A stretch of 58,136 bases of DNA, counting the filler, from a bacterium (GTDB lineage: Bacteria > CLD3 > SB21): assembly GCA_013360215.1 (NCBI GenBank). It is 4 parts of 4 records of this genome, joined end to end, with 100 filler letters (N's around TTAATTAATTAA, not from the genome) between each part and the next. Parts side by side here need not be neighbours in the genome. Positions count along the whole stretch, not along the records: positions 15,995 to 30,647 come from JABWCP010000044.1; positions 30,748 to 45,374 come from JABWCP010000045.1; 2 more parts are not named here. One strand, 5' to 3'. Positions within the stretch are counted from its first letter, which is position 1. Each line of letters opens with the position of its first letter. Below the pieces are notes generated by a model. It worked only from the letters and a program-made list of their open reading frames with translations. It had not been told where the DNA came from and made no database searches. Made by a program: the position numbers and the translations under genes. Below are positions 19,268 through 31,112 of this stretch, piece by piece.

Positions 19268-20857
19268 ATGATTAAGATTCTTATCTCCGACAAACTCAGC
19301 CCTGCCGCTACGGAAATTTTCCAACGGCACGGCATTACGGCGGATGTTCGCCACGGATTGACCAAAGAACAACTGATCGAAATCATCGCGGATTACGACG
19401 GACTTGCCGTTCGCTCTGAAACCAAAGTCACACGCGAAGTGATCGAACGCGCCACACGGCTCAAAGTCATCGGACGGGCCGGTATCGGCGTGGACAATGT
19501 GGATGTGCCGGCGGCCACGGCACGCGGTATCGTCGTGATGAATACGCCGTTTGGCAATTCTGTCACTACGGCCGAACACGCCGTGGCTATGATGATGGCG
19601 CTTGCCCGGCGCATTCCGCAAGCCAGCACTTCCACCCATGCCGGCAAGTGGGAAAAAAGTAAATTTATGGGTGTGGAATTGACCGGAAAAACACTTGCCG
19701 TAATCGGTTGCGGTAATATCGGCAGCATTGTTGCCGACCGCGCACGCGGATTGCGAATGCGTGTTTTAGCGTATGATCCGTTTTTAACACGGGAACGTGC
19801 GGAGTCGCTCGGCATTGAAAAAACCGAATTGGACGACGCGATAGCACAAGCTGATTTTATCACACTGCATACACCGCTCACCGACGCGACACGCCATCTT
19901 TTCGATGCGGCACGATTAGCACGTTGCAAAAAAGGCGCACGAATTATCAACTGCGCACGCGGCGGACTTATTCACGAACCGGCATTGAAATCGGCCATCG
20001 ATTCGGGACATATCGCCGGAGCCGCACTGGACGTGTTTGAAGTCGAGCCCGCCAAAGAAAATATTTTATTCGGCATGGAGCATGTCGTGCTGACGCCCCA
20101 TTTGGGCGCTTCAACCAACGAGGCTCAGGAAAACGTCGCATTGCAAATCGCGGAACAAATGTCCGATTTTCTCAACACGGGTGCGATCACCAATGCGGTG
20201 AATATTCCCTCCATATCCGCCGCCGAAGCCACGGCACTCAAGCCTTATTTCAAATTAGCGCGCCAGATCGGAACATTAGCCGGCCAACTCCAGCAATCGC
20301 CTATTCAATCAATCACCTTTGAATACGAAGGACACGTTGCCGCGCTCAATACTAAGCCGCTCAATTTACTTTTAGCACAAGGTGTCATGGTCGCATTTGA
20401 TCAAAACGTCAACATGGTCAACGCGTTATATATTGCTAAAGAACGCGGCATGACCGTAAGTGAAACTAAAATCGAATCCGAAGGAAATTACAAAACTCTA
20501 ATTCGCTTGCGGATCGTTACCGAAAAAGAATCATTCAGTTGTTCAGGTACACTCTTTGACGGCGACAAACCGCGCATCGTAGAGGTCAATGGCATCACAC
20601 TGGAAGCCGTTCTAAGCGCATCGATGCTTTTCAGTACCAATGATGACAAACCCGGTTTTATCGGTAATCTTGGAAAAATTTTAGGTGACGCGGACATCAA
20701 TATAGCCCACTTTCATCTCGGTCGTAATCAAGGCAAGACTGAAGCGATGGCACTCGTAACCGTCGATTCGCCCGTTCATTCTGATGTCATCAGTACGATA
20801 AAAAAATTGCCCAGTGTACGACGTGTCGTGGCATTAGATTTTTCGGGCGTCGTTTAA
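19268..20857 (+). CDS. serA: D-3-phosphoglycerate dehydrogenase with ASB and ACT domains
   Basis: GRAGIGVDN, GCGNIG, NCARGG, TPHLGAST, DKPGFIG. Confidence 0.95.
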   Translation: MIKILISDKLSPAATEIFQRHGITADVRHGLTKEQLIEIIADYDGLAVRSETKVTREVIERATRLKVIGRAGIGVDNVDVPAATARGIVVMNTPFGNSVTTAEHAVAMMMALARRIPQASTSTHAGKWEKSKFMGVELTGKTLAVIGCGNIGSIVADRARGLRMRVLAYDPFLTRERAESLGIEKTELDDAIAQADFITLHTPLTDATRHLFDAARLARCKKGARIINCARGGLIHEPALKSAIDSGHIAGAALDVFEVEPAKENILFGMEHVVLTPHLGASTNEAQENVALQIAEQMSDFLNTGAITNAVNIPSISAAEATALKPYFKLARQIGTLAGQLQQSPIQSITFEYEGHVAALNTKPLNLLLAQGVMVAFDQNVNMVNALYIAKERGMTVSETKIESEGNYKTLIRLRIVTEKESFSCSGTLFDGDKPRIVEVNGITLEAVLSASMLFSTNDDKPGFIGNLGKILGDADINIAHFHLGRNQGKTEAMALVTVDSPVHSDVISTIKKLPSVRRVVALDFSGVV

Positions 20858-20903
20858 ATTTTAATAGAATACGGCTTACATCGTTTATCAAACCCCTCGC
20901 GGT

Positions 20904-22610
20904 TTGCTTCGCTTGTTATCAATTCAACGAACTTTTACAGAAAGTTCTTTCATGGGTTTTTTGTTGTCCCCAAAGCGGATTAATCCATTACACACCGTAA
21001 TCGCTTTGATATTCGGGTTGCTCCATACTCACTGCGGTTCTTCTATGGTGCCTGCACCAACTGGAACTCCGCTTCGTTTGTCGCAGCTGGACAGCCTTAT
21101 CGTGACATCCGATACGATGCCTTTTTTAGACAAACAAAAACTCTGTGAGATATTAGGCCATTTTCCTGCAGATGCATGGCATCAAAAACCGATCACGCTT
21201 CAAATGTATCCTGATTTTGAATCCAAATGGAGCGCCACTAAAAACACGATTGAATATTCATACGATCGCAGTACACGTACTATCCACCTTGTGGATATGA
21301 AACTGACCCGCTTGCGATTGAATGAAATTATTGCGGCGTATATCGCCGAATTGTGTTATGGGGAAAAATATCCGCGCCTCACCGAGGGGCTCGCTATGCT
21401 ATATTGCGGGACATATTACGGAATGCCTTTACCTTGGTGGGATAAAAAATCAGCGTTGCTCGGCCTGACAAACAAAGAGCGATTAATAACTACACCTGAA
21501 AATTTTGAAAATCCTTTTTTGTACACGATGTTAGCTGTTCAGTTTTGGCAAAAGCATCACGATCAAATTCATTCGATCTTTGCAAATCCCAACCCCTTTA
21601 TTGCAAAATTTGAACCGACTTTGCAAGTGGCGCCACCTGCACACGTATTCCCTCCGGACAGCATTCCGTATTTCAAAGGTGTTTGTTTCGCACATACCAA
21701 CGGTGTCGGCAGCGGCTATATGTCCAAACAATCCCGGACTTCGATGCAGCGTCTTAAGGAAATAGGCGTTGACGCCATTTCACTCACACCATTTGGTTAT
21801 GCGAAAAGCACGACCGAACCTCGTGTACATTTTGTTTTAGATCGTCATTGGGATGAGACGCTCGGAGGTTTATTCAAAGCCGCCGATGATGCGCATGATC
21901 TCGGCATCCATATCATGATGAAACCTCATATCTGGGTACGCGGTGCATGGTGCGGCGAAATTGATATTCGTGACTCAACCGACCGGATCGCATGGGAAAA
22001 TTCATATGCTCAATATGCGACGTATCAAGGCCTCATCGCAGAACTTGCCGGTATGGAGTCCATGTGTATAGGTCTTGAGCTGCCCCGGATGACACGCGAT
22101 ACCGCCATGTGGAAACGCATCATCCGTCACATACGCATGGCATACAGCGGTATCATCACGTACGGTGGGAATTGGTTTGATGAATACGAGCATATCGGCT
22201 TTTGGGATGATCTTGATTTTATAAGCATTCACGCTTACTTCCCGCTCGCTCACACCGTCGCTACACCGCCGGATTCGTCAATCCTGATGGCACGTCAAGT
22301 CGCAGAACGGCTCGCCGTTTTGTCATCGCAGTGGAAAAAACCTGTCGCGTTTACGGAAGTAGGTTTCCCAAGTGGCGCCCGTGGACTCATCAGTCCACAC
22401 GAAGAATTTGATGACGTCCCTGCGGATTTTGACAAGCAGGCTTTCGCTTACCGTACGATTTTAGAAACATATCGGGGTAAACCCTGGTTCAAAGGTTACT
22501 TTTGGTGGAAATGGGAAAGCGCCAATTCAACGTGGAAAGGGTTTGATAAAATGCTGCAATTCCGCGAAAAACCTGCCGAACGCGTGTTACAGGAATTTTA
22601 TTCGCGTTAA
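20904..22610 (+). CDS. GH113-like glycoside hydrolase with a long N-terminal extension
   Basis: MMKPHIW..WCGEI, IGLEL, YGGNW.DEYE...FWDDLDFI.I.AYFPL, FTEVGF, FWWKW. Confidence 0.75.
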   Translation: MLRLLSIQRTFTESSFMGFLLSPKRINPLHTVIALIFGLLHTHCGSSMVPAPTGTPLRLSQLDSLIVTSDTMPFLDKQKLCEILGHFPADAWHQKPITLQMYPDFESKWSATKNTIEYSYDRSTRTIHLVDMKLTRLRLNEIIAAYIAELCYGEKYPRLTEGLAMLYCGTYYGMPLPWWDKKSALLGLTNKERLITTPENFENPFLYTMLAVQFWQKHHDQIHSIFANPNPFIAKFEPTLQVAPPAHVFPPDSIPYFKGVCFAHTNGVGSGYMSKQSRTSMQRLKEIGVDAISLTPFGYAKSTTEPRVHFVLDRHWDETLGGLFKAADDAHDLGIHIMMKPHIWVRGAWCGEIDIRDSTDRIAWENSYAQYATYQGLIAELAGMESMCIGLELPRMTRDTAMWKRIIRHIRMAYSGIITYGGNWFDEYEHIGFWDDLDFISIHAYFPLAHTVATPPDSSILMARQVAERLAVLSSQWKKPVAFTEVGFPSGARGLISPHEEFDDVPADFDKQAFAYRTILETYRGKPWFKGYFWWKWESANSTWKGFDKMLQFREKPAERVLQEFYSR

Positions 22611-22663
22611 TTTATCATAAGCCGGAACCTAAGCGAAACAGCGAACTGTCCGTATTTGAATTC

Positions 22664-22961
22664 ATCCCTCGCCAAGACGCTAAGTCGCAATGAAGAGATT
22701 TATTAATCACTCTGCGGCTTTGCGAGAATAATACAAGCTTATCTAATAAAACTCATTACACCAAATTCTAAGGGCGCCGGGTAAGAACTTCAACGACGTA
22801 CCAGGGCGCACACAATAGAATATATCCCTCGCCAAGACGCTAAGTCGCAATGAAGATTTATTAATCACTCTGCGGCTTTGCGAGAATATTACAAGCTTAT
22901 ATAATAATACTCATTACACCGAATTCTAAGGGCGCCGGGTAAGAACTTAAACGACGTGCCA
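22664..22961. repeat. Tandem ~140-bp direct repeat (period 160), each copy with a REP-like imperfect palindrome
   Basis: Copies at 22664-22804 and 22824-22961; CTCGCCAAGACGC...GCGGCTTTGCGAG. Confidence 0.85.
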
Positions 22962-22991
22962 AGATACCTGTATTTGTAAATTTGCCTTCAA

Positions 22992-23435
22992 TTACTCTTG
23001 AATCTCAGGCTCTACCAGATGCGCAAGATACGACAAAGACTCCTGCCAACCTAAATAACACATTTCAGGCGGAATGACCTCCGGTATATTTTCTTGCGAT
23101 ATGTTCAATTCCGTACCGCACAAAACTTTTTTTAAGACCACCGTAACCATCATTTCGCCGGGAAGATTGGGATCGTCAAATTTATCCGTGTAGCGAATAC
23201 GTTCATACGGTGTAAGCTCCAAAAATTCACCGCCAAACGCATGACTTTTCATCGTTGTGAAATTAGTAAAAGACATTCTAAACGTACCGCCTATTTTTAC
23301 ATCCATGTGATGCACTTTGCACGTGAATCCGTGCGGCGGCAGCCAGCGCGCCATCGCATCGGTATCTGTAAATGCGCGGTAGATTTTTTCCGGAGTAGCC
23401 TTCAAAACGCGGTGTAGACGAATCGTGTTTCCCAT
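22992..23435 (-). CDS. SRPBCC/AHSA1 family protein
   Basis: RLHRVLKATPEKIYRAF..ARWLPPHGF..CYLGWQESL. Confidence 0.88.
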   Translation of the reverse strand: MGNTIRLHRVLKATPEKIYRAFTDTDAMARWLPPHGFTCKVHHMDVKIGGTFRMSFTNFTTMKSHAFGGEFLELTPYERIRYTDKFDDPNLPGEMMVTVVLKKVLCGTELNISQENIPEVIPPEMCYLGWQESLSYLAHLVEPEIQE

Positions 23436-23452
23436 GATTTAATTCCTTTTAC

Positions 23453-24163
23453 TTATGTAAAACGCTCGTTCAGTCTGTACTCTTGATATTCACCCACATC
23501 TATAAAACCGATTTTTTTATAGAGCGGAACACCTTCAACCGATGCTTGCAATACAGCTGCCGTGCAGTCTCTTTTTTTGGCTTCCAGAAGGCAAAACATA
23601 GTCGTCGCCCAACCCAATCCCTTTCTTCGATGCGATGCACGCGTACTTACGTTATAAAGACCGGCCACGTTATTCTCCATCACGACTTCGGCCGTACAAA
23701 CGGGTTCGTCTTCGTAATTTCCTATAAAAAATTCAATAGGGCATTTTTTTTTAGACGCCATCCCAGCAATCATCGTGTAAAATGCGATGACATTTTGATC
23801 AGGTGGCGTCCAATTACTTGCCGTTATGTGAGCAAAACTCAGCACATCGCTATCGGATAAAACCTTTCGCATCGCGAAATTTTCAATAGGCGGAACCTCG
23901 TGAATTTGATTCAAATCAAGCCACATCGCCTTTTCTGACTCGACGAATTCAAATCCATTTTCTTCCAGTATACGAGATTGGGAAGGCGTGCACCGCCCCG
24001 GGCCGACCCAACAAGAAAATGGACGCCGTGTAGTCCGGATATAATCTCTGACGGTATTTATATTTGATCGGGAAAAAACCAAATTGGTGATGATATTAAA
24101 TGTATCACACGCCAATCCCGAATCGCAGATCAATACGTCATCGTTCATCTCCACCTTCATCAT
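23453..24163 (-). CDS. GNAT-family N-acetyltransferase
   Basis: AGLYNVSTRASHRRKGLG, LQAS..GVPLYKKIGF. Confidence 0.85.
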   Translation of the reverse strand: MMKVEMNDDVLICDSGLACDTFNIITNLVFSRSNINTVRDYIRTTRRPFSCWVGPGRCTPSQSRILEENGFEFVESEKAMWLDLNQIHEVPPIENFAMRKVLSDSDVLSFAHITASNWTPPDQNVIAFYTMIAGMASKKKCPIEFFIGNYEDEPVCTAEVVMENNVAGLYNVSTRASHRRKGLGWATTMFCLLEAKKRDCTAAVLQASVEGVPLYKKIGFIDVGEYQEYRLNERFT

Positions 24164-24382
24164 AGGATGACGTTGATGAAAATAACGTATTACACATTTA
24201 ATAAATATTTAAGAATTTTTACCAATTTTTTAGCGATAATTAAGAAAGCTACGTTTGATTAATATATACTTAGATTTTTAGGTTGCGATGTGAAATTTAA
24301 CAGTAGTTGACAATTTAACAATAAAACATTGAACTTATGATTTGCTAAAGTTGACAATTAATATGTATAGTTTCTTAAATAT

Positions 24383-24916
24383 TTATTTAAAAAAACGATA
24401 GTAGTAACTGCGTTTACCGAGACCATTACAATAACTACATTGTTCAAGCCCAAAATACCGCTTAACCTTGCCAGTTTTATCACAAAAATTGCAGTCATAA
24501 ATCTTATCATCAATAAACCATTCTCCGTTTTCTTTAGATAAAATTATAGAAACTTTCTGCGACTCTTCCATGTTATAATCATATTCTTGCACTACCACAA
24601 CAGCGCGACTATCGCTTTGTACCTCAACTTTATCAATTAAGTTTGGAGATAATTCATAAGCCTTTAATCTTTTATTGAAACTATTCTTACGAACTTTATT
24701 GAAGTAATCATTTAATCTTTTAGAATTATAAGGCTCTGAATAGAAAGTATCGATTGTCGTTGTGTCACGCCAAATTTGTAAACTCCATGATGTTTGAATT
24801 AACTTATCTGGAGTTGATCTATCGATCTTCGGTTCTTGCTTCTTACTTTTAGGTTGTTCTATTGTTGAACACGAAACCAAAATAAAAATAAAGAAGATCA
24901 TGACAGCGTTATTCAT
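24383..24916 (-). CDS. Hypothetical lipoprotein with C-terminal DnaJ-type CxxCxxxG pair
   Basis: Lipobox LVSC; CNFCDKTG..CSYCNGLG; AT-rich. Confidence 0.6.
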   Translation of the reverse strand: MNNAVMIFFIFILVSCSTIEQPKSKKQEPKIDRSTPDKLIQTSWSLQIWRDTTTIDTFYSEPYNSKRLNDYFNKVRKNSFNKRLKAYELSPNLIDKVEVQSDSRAVVVVQEYDYNMEESQKVSIILSKENGEWFIDDKIYDCNFCDKTGKVKRYFGLEQCSYCNGLGKRSYYYRFFK

Positions 24917-24920
24917 AACA

Positions 24921-25166
24921 TCATCCCTCTCTTTTAGTTATCCCACCTGCGAGTGCATCGTATATTTTACGTGTCTCGGACTCGTTAAATCCAAGCTTTG
25001 CTACAAAATCATTATAGTCTGCTTTGGTTAAAAGATTTACCTCATAAAGTGTAAATAATCGACCAACCCATGCCAATTTAATATCCTCAGACATCACGGG
25101 TGCATCGTGTTCTATGATGTCTCTAATATCTTCATATTCTTTCTGCTGTTGATGTGTACGTTTCAT
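24921..25166 (-). CDS. Small hypothetical protein
   Basis: 81-aa ORF with an AGGAG RBS, packed tightly between its neighbours. Confidence 0.55.
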   Translation of the reverse strand: MKRTHQQQKEYEDIRDIIEHDAPVMSEDIKLAWVGRLFTLYEVNLLTKADYNDFVAKLGFNESETRKIYDALAGGITKREG

Positions 25167-25170
25167 TGTT

Positions 25171-25983
25171 TTATAACTCCTTCTGCTTTTCGTATTCCCA
25201 AAGCCGTTCGGCCGTCATGTTGCCCTGATAGTCGTGAATCAATATAACATGCCTATCGGCTTTCCTATTACTCAACCTACGAATCAAGCGCCCTCGGTCG
25301 CCGTAATCACCGCGAAGGTGTACCGCATACCAGTCAGATTGGTCAAGCGATATCTTCTGAATGATTCGGCTCGTTTTACCGGCATCAAATATCGGACTAC
25401 GTTTTCTGGTATCAACGATCTCATATTCGCTGACTCGCTCTTCATCAATCAGTGAATCCGGTCGAACCGCAACCCATTCTAATTGTTTTGAATCTTTTAC
25501 ACGATCAAACAAATAATCCCCCGAATTCACGTTATCCGTATGCGGCGGCAAAAGTAATTTTAACAACGAAAATACTACGTTTTCTCCAAAGGTTTCTTTC
25601 TCACCGTGCGCTTTATTCGTATATCCTGTAGTGCTCATCAGCACGAATTTCTTTTTGTTTTGCGCAGTGCTCCATACGTCGGTGATTTTTTTTACGGTAT
25701 TAAAAACAAGTTGATGCGGTTTACCAAATATCCCTTTGAATGTCAAATTATGACCGAGGCAAGACACCACTGCATCGCAATCGTTTATGAGCGCGCTGAT
25801 CTGATCCATAGAAAACTCATGAATATTCCCTCGCACGATTTCTACGTTTGTATGCTCGGAAATTTCACTCGGTATTATCGCCGTCGGTCGTATAATAATT
25901 CTCACGGATATATTCTTGCTAACCAATTGTGATACTACCAATTTCCCTGTAGCCCCGCTGGCTCCGAATACTAAAATTCTCAT
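25171..25983 (-). CDS. NAD(P)H-binding SDR-like oxidoreductase with an apparently foreign C-terminus
   Basis: ILVFGASGATG, DAVVSCLG, WVAVRP; family-like sequence ends at GKTSRI. Confidence 0.75.
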   Translation of the reverse strand: MRILVFGASGATGKLVVSQLVSKNISVRIIIRPTAIIPSEISEHTNVEIVRGNIHEFSMDQISALINDCDAVVSCLGHNLTFKGIFGKPHQLVFNTVKKITDVWSTAQNKKKFVLMSTTGYTNKAHGEKETFGENVVFSLLKLLLPPHTDNVNSGDYLFDRVKDSKQLEWVAVRPDSLIDEERVSEYEIVDTRKRSPIFDAGKTSRIIQKISLDQSDWYAVHLRGDYGDRGRLIRRLSNRKADRHVILIHDYQGNMTAERLWEYEKQKEL

Positions 25984-26119
25984 AAAACCACCTCTCTACT
26001 ATTTATAAATCCGAAAGCAATATATCAAATAAGTTTTATGGATAGGTTAACTTCTTTGTGCGATGTTTTTTGAGAAACCCAAGATGTTACTGATTAGCTG
26101 CATGGCATTTCTACTGAAT

Positions 26120-26157
26120 AAAAAAAACCGGCAAGCTACGTATAACACTTGCCGGTT
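26120..26157 (-). terminator. Intrinsic terminator of katG
   Basis: AACCGGCAAG/CTTGCCGGTT stem followed by a T-run on the minus strand. Confidence 0.75.
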
Positions 26158-26186
26158 ATCTCAATTAGATTATCGTCTGGCCAATA

Positions 26187-28409
<2,223 letters not shown>

Positions 28410-28493
28410 TTAGTATTAAGATTTGAATTGACGAACTGATGATATCATGCGTTTTTTACGTCTTAAAGATACCCATTTGATTTCATAAGTCAA

Positions 28494-28529
28494 ATTGATT
28501 ATTCTTATTTAATAATAGATAATATCTAT
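28494..28529. promoter_or_regulatory. OxyR-type operator between divergent katG and oxyR
   Basis: ATAG-N7-CTAT at 28515-28529 with a degenerate ATTG-N7-TTAT at 28494-28508. Confidence 0.65.
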
Positions 28530-28540
28530 ATTAAAATTGA

Positions 28541-29494
28541 ATGACATTACTGCAACTCACCTATATTGTCGCTGTCGAAAAGTACCGTAGTTTTTCCAAA
28601 GCGGCCAAAGATCGTTTTGTCACACAACCGACCCTGAGCATGCAGATTCAGAAATTGGAAGAAGAATTAGGCGTAACGATATTTGACCGAGGAAAGAAAC
28701 CCGTAGCTCCGACCGACATCGGCCGCACGATCATCGAACAAGCCCAAGCGATTTTGCGCGAAAGCGATAAAATCATCCAGTCCGTAGAATCCGAAACCAC
28801 CGAAGTCGCAGGAATTTTCCGCATCGGTATTATCCCCACGCTTGCACCTTATTTGCTCAATCTTTTTCTGCAGGATTTTATCACAAAACATCCGCGCGTA
28901 GAATTGGTCATCGAGGAATTGCAGACGCGGGAGATCACCGAACGATTGAATCGAAACGACCTTGATGCAGGGCTTTTAGCTACGCCGCTGCACCATAAGA
29001 ACTTAGCCGAAAAACCGTTGTTCTACGAACCCTTCGTCGCATATGTATCCGAAGAACACCGACTAAGCACCAAGAAAAAAATTCACATCAACGATCTGCA
29101 AAACGGCGACATGTGGCTTCTGACCGAAGGGCATTGTTTTCGCAGCCAGACGCTCGCACTATGCAAACAAAAGAAAAACATAACCCCTAAACACAAAGGA
29201 GCATTGCGTTTCGAAAGTGGTAATCTGGATACGCTTAGAAAATTAGTGGAACAAAATTACGGTATGACGCTGTTGCCGTATTTAGCAGTTTCGGAATTAT
29301 CCGATGAAAAGAAGAAGCTGTACATGCGCCCTTTTGCGCCCCCGGCTCCCAAACGTGAGATCAGTTTGGTGTACAATCGTTCTTACCCTAAAAAGAAAAT
29401 TATCGAAGTGTTAGAGCATGCTATTCGCTTCTCCGTGCCGGAAGAAATATTAGAAAAAGATAAAAGCCTTATCGTATCCAGCATTCGCATTTGA
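28541..29494 (+). CDS. oxyR: LysR-family H2O2 sensor OxyR
   Basis: VTQPTLSMQIQKLEEELG, LLTEGHCFRSQTLALC (two redox cysteines); divergent from katG. Confidence 0.92.
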   Translation: MTLLQLTYIVAVEKYRSFSKAAKDRFVTQPTLSMQIQKLEEELGVTIFDRGKKPVAPTDIGRTIIEQAQAILRESDKIIQSVESETTEVAGIFRIGIIPTLAPYLLNLFLQDFITKHPRVELVIEELQTREITERLNRNDLDAGLLATPLHHKNLAEKPLFYEPFVAYVSEEHRLSTKKKIHINDLQNGDMWLLTEGHCFRSQTLALCKQKKNITPKHKGALRFESGNLDTLRKLVEQNYGMTLLPYLAVSELSDEKKKLYMRPFAPPAPKREISLVYNRSYPKKKIIEVLEHAIRFSVPEEILEKDKSLIVSSIRI

Positions 29495-29558
29495 AACAAA
29501 TCTGCACAATGCAGGGAAATCGTTATCTATTTTATCCGGCTTGGATATCGCACACACT

Positions 29559-30311
29559 TTATGGTCGCAGCTCTTCCAATAACTTTTCTTTGCTGACTCT
29601 CCCTATGTGCGACCAAGTGAGGCGATTGTTTTTATATATATGAAACGTAGGCACGGTATGAATATGCAAAGTATCGGCAATCAACGGATGTTCGTCTATA
29701 TTTATCGTAACCACATCAAAAGAATTCATATCTGCGATTTCATGTATAATAGGTTCCATCTGTCGGCATGGCGAACAATTCAGGGTGTAAAAATCAATCA
29801 ACACCGGTTTTTTTGAACGGGTTAAAGAATCAAAACTATCGCGACTCATGCCGTCGTGTTCTGATGTAGTCGTTTTGGGATATCCCGCTGCTCGCCAGCT
29901 TATAAATCCTCCATCCAATTCATACACACGCTTAAAGCCCTTTTTGATCAAGCCGCGTCGCGCACCGGTACTTCGCCCTCCGACAGAACAATATAATAAT
30001 ATCGGTTTTTCTGGATCCCACCGGTCGGCGCGGTATTCAAATAACCCCATGTTGGCCCAGTTGATATTTTCGGCACCGGGAATATGACCGGACAGGTATT
30101 CTTTGCGTGTTCGTACATCGATCAATAAAGCATCTGGACTTTTTTTGATACTATCCGCAAATGCAGATGTCGAAAGAAATGCTGCGTTTTGAAATTCCTT
30201 TTTTTCTGCACACGATGTCAGTACCAACGAGATCATAAATATCAGAAATAATTTTTTTTCAACACTACAATAAAGCATAGATAAAAAGTTTAATTTCAAT
30301 GATATCATCAT
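29559..30311 (-). CDS. Rhodanese + thioredoxin fusion lipoprotein
   Basis: IDVRT..EY..GHIPGA, YCSVGGRS, LDGGFISW; CSPC; lipobox LTSC. Confidence 0.8.
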   Translation of the reverse strand: MMISLKLNFLSMLYCSVEKKLFLIFMISLVLTSCAEKKEFQNAAFLSTSAFADSIKKSPDALLIDVRTRKEYLSGHIPGAENINWANMGLFEYRADRWDPEKPILLYCSVGGRSTGARRGLIKKGFKRVYELDGGFISWRAAGYPKTTTSEHDGMSRDSFDSLTRSKKPVLIDFYTLNCSPCRQMEPIIHEIADMNSFDVVTINIDEHPLIADTLHIHTVPTFHIYKNNRLTWSHIGRVSKEKLLEELRP

Positions 30312-30548
30312 ATCAATTTATATTTGACGCTCACAGAACACAAGAGAAAAGACAGATATCAATCGAATATCAACGTGATTTATAAAAACTTTTCACGTAA
30401 AATGCACACGCTACCCTACATATTTATGCGGTTTATTAGTGTTAGTATTTTGACGGTAAAGTTTTCTCGGAATGTCCGATTTTAGGTATTGATTTGCTTC
30501 ACCATGTGTATTATTTTTTTACTGTAGCACAATTCAAAAAACGTATCC

Positions 30549-30647
30549 GTTCTCGTCGAATGTTCTCGTCGAATGTTCTCGTCGAATGTTCTCGTCGAAT
30601 GTTCTCGTCGAATGTTCTCGTCGAATGTTCTCGTCGAATGTTCTCGT
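30549..30647. repeat. 13-bp tandem repeat (GTTCTCGTCGAAT), ~7.6 copies, running into the contig end
   Basis: Perfect copies read directly from the sequence. Confidence 0.9.
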
Positions 30648-30747
30648 NNNNNNNNNNNNNNNNNNNNNNNNNNNNNNNNNNNNNNNNNNNNTTAATTAAT
30701 TAANNNNNNNNNNNNNNNNNNNNNNNNNNNNNNNNNNNNNNNNNNNN
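30648..30747. other. Artificial contig linker
   Basis: N44-TTAATTAATTAA-N44. Confidence 0.98.
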
Positions 30748-31084
30748 AAAAAATATTACCGTAAAGTTTGAAAGTACCGGGATGGATGAAGCCATCACGC
30801 TGCCGGTACTGGTGAAGCAGAATGTGTATCTGATCTTTAAAGAAGCGGTGAATAACATATATAAGTACGCCGACGCAACGGCGGTGGTGATACGGCTGAC
30901 ACTCAAAGATAAGCAGATCCATCTGGAGGTGGAGGATAATGGCGGAGGTTTCACAGGCGGTGTTACGATGGGCGGAAACGGGATGAAGAACATGAGAATG
31001 CGTGCCGAATCTTTAGGCGGTAAGTTTGACGTCAAATCCGGCCAAGGCGTGACGATTCGGATTGTGATACCAATACGGGATTGA
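30748..31084 (+). CDS. Sensor histidine kinase, C-terminal HATPase (HisKA_3 type; partial)
   Basis: KEAVNNIYKYA, EDNGGGF, GNGMKNMRMRA. Confidence 0.85.
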
Positions 31085-31112
31085 TTATCAATAAGCATAG
31101 GAGTATAATAGT

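Noticed and set aside
30549-30647. Possible CRISPR array
   Set aside because: The unit is 13 bp with no unique spacers, and there are no cas genes.
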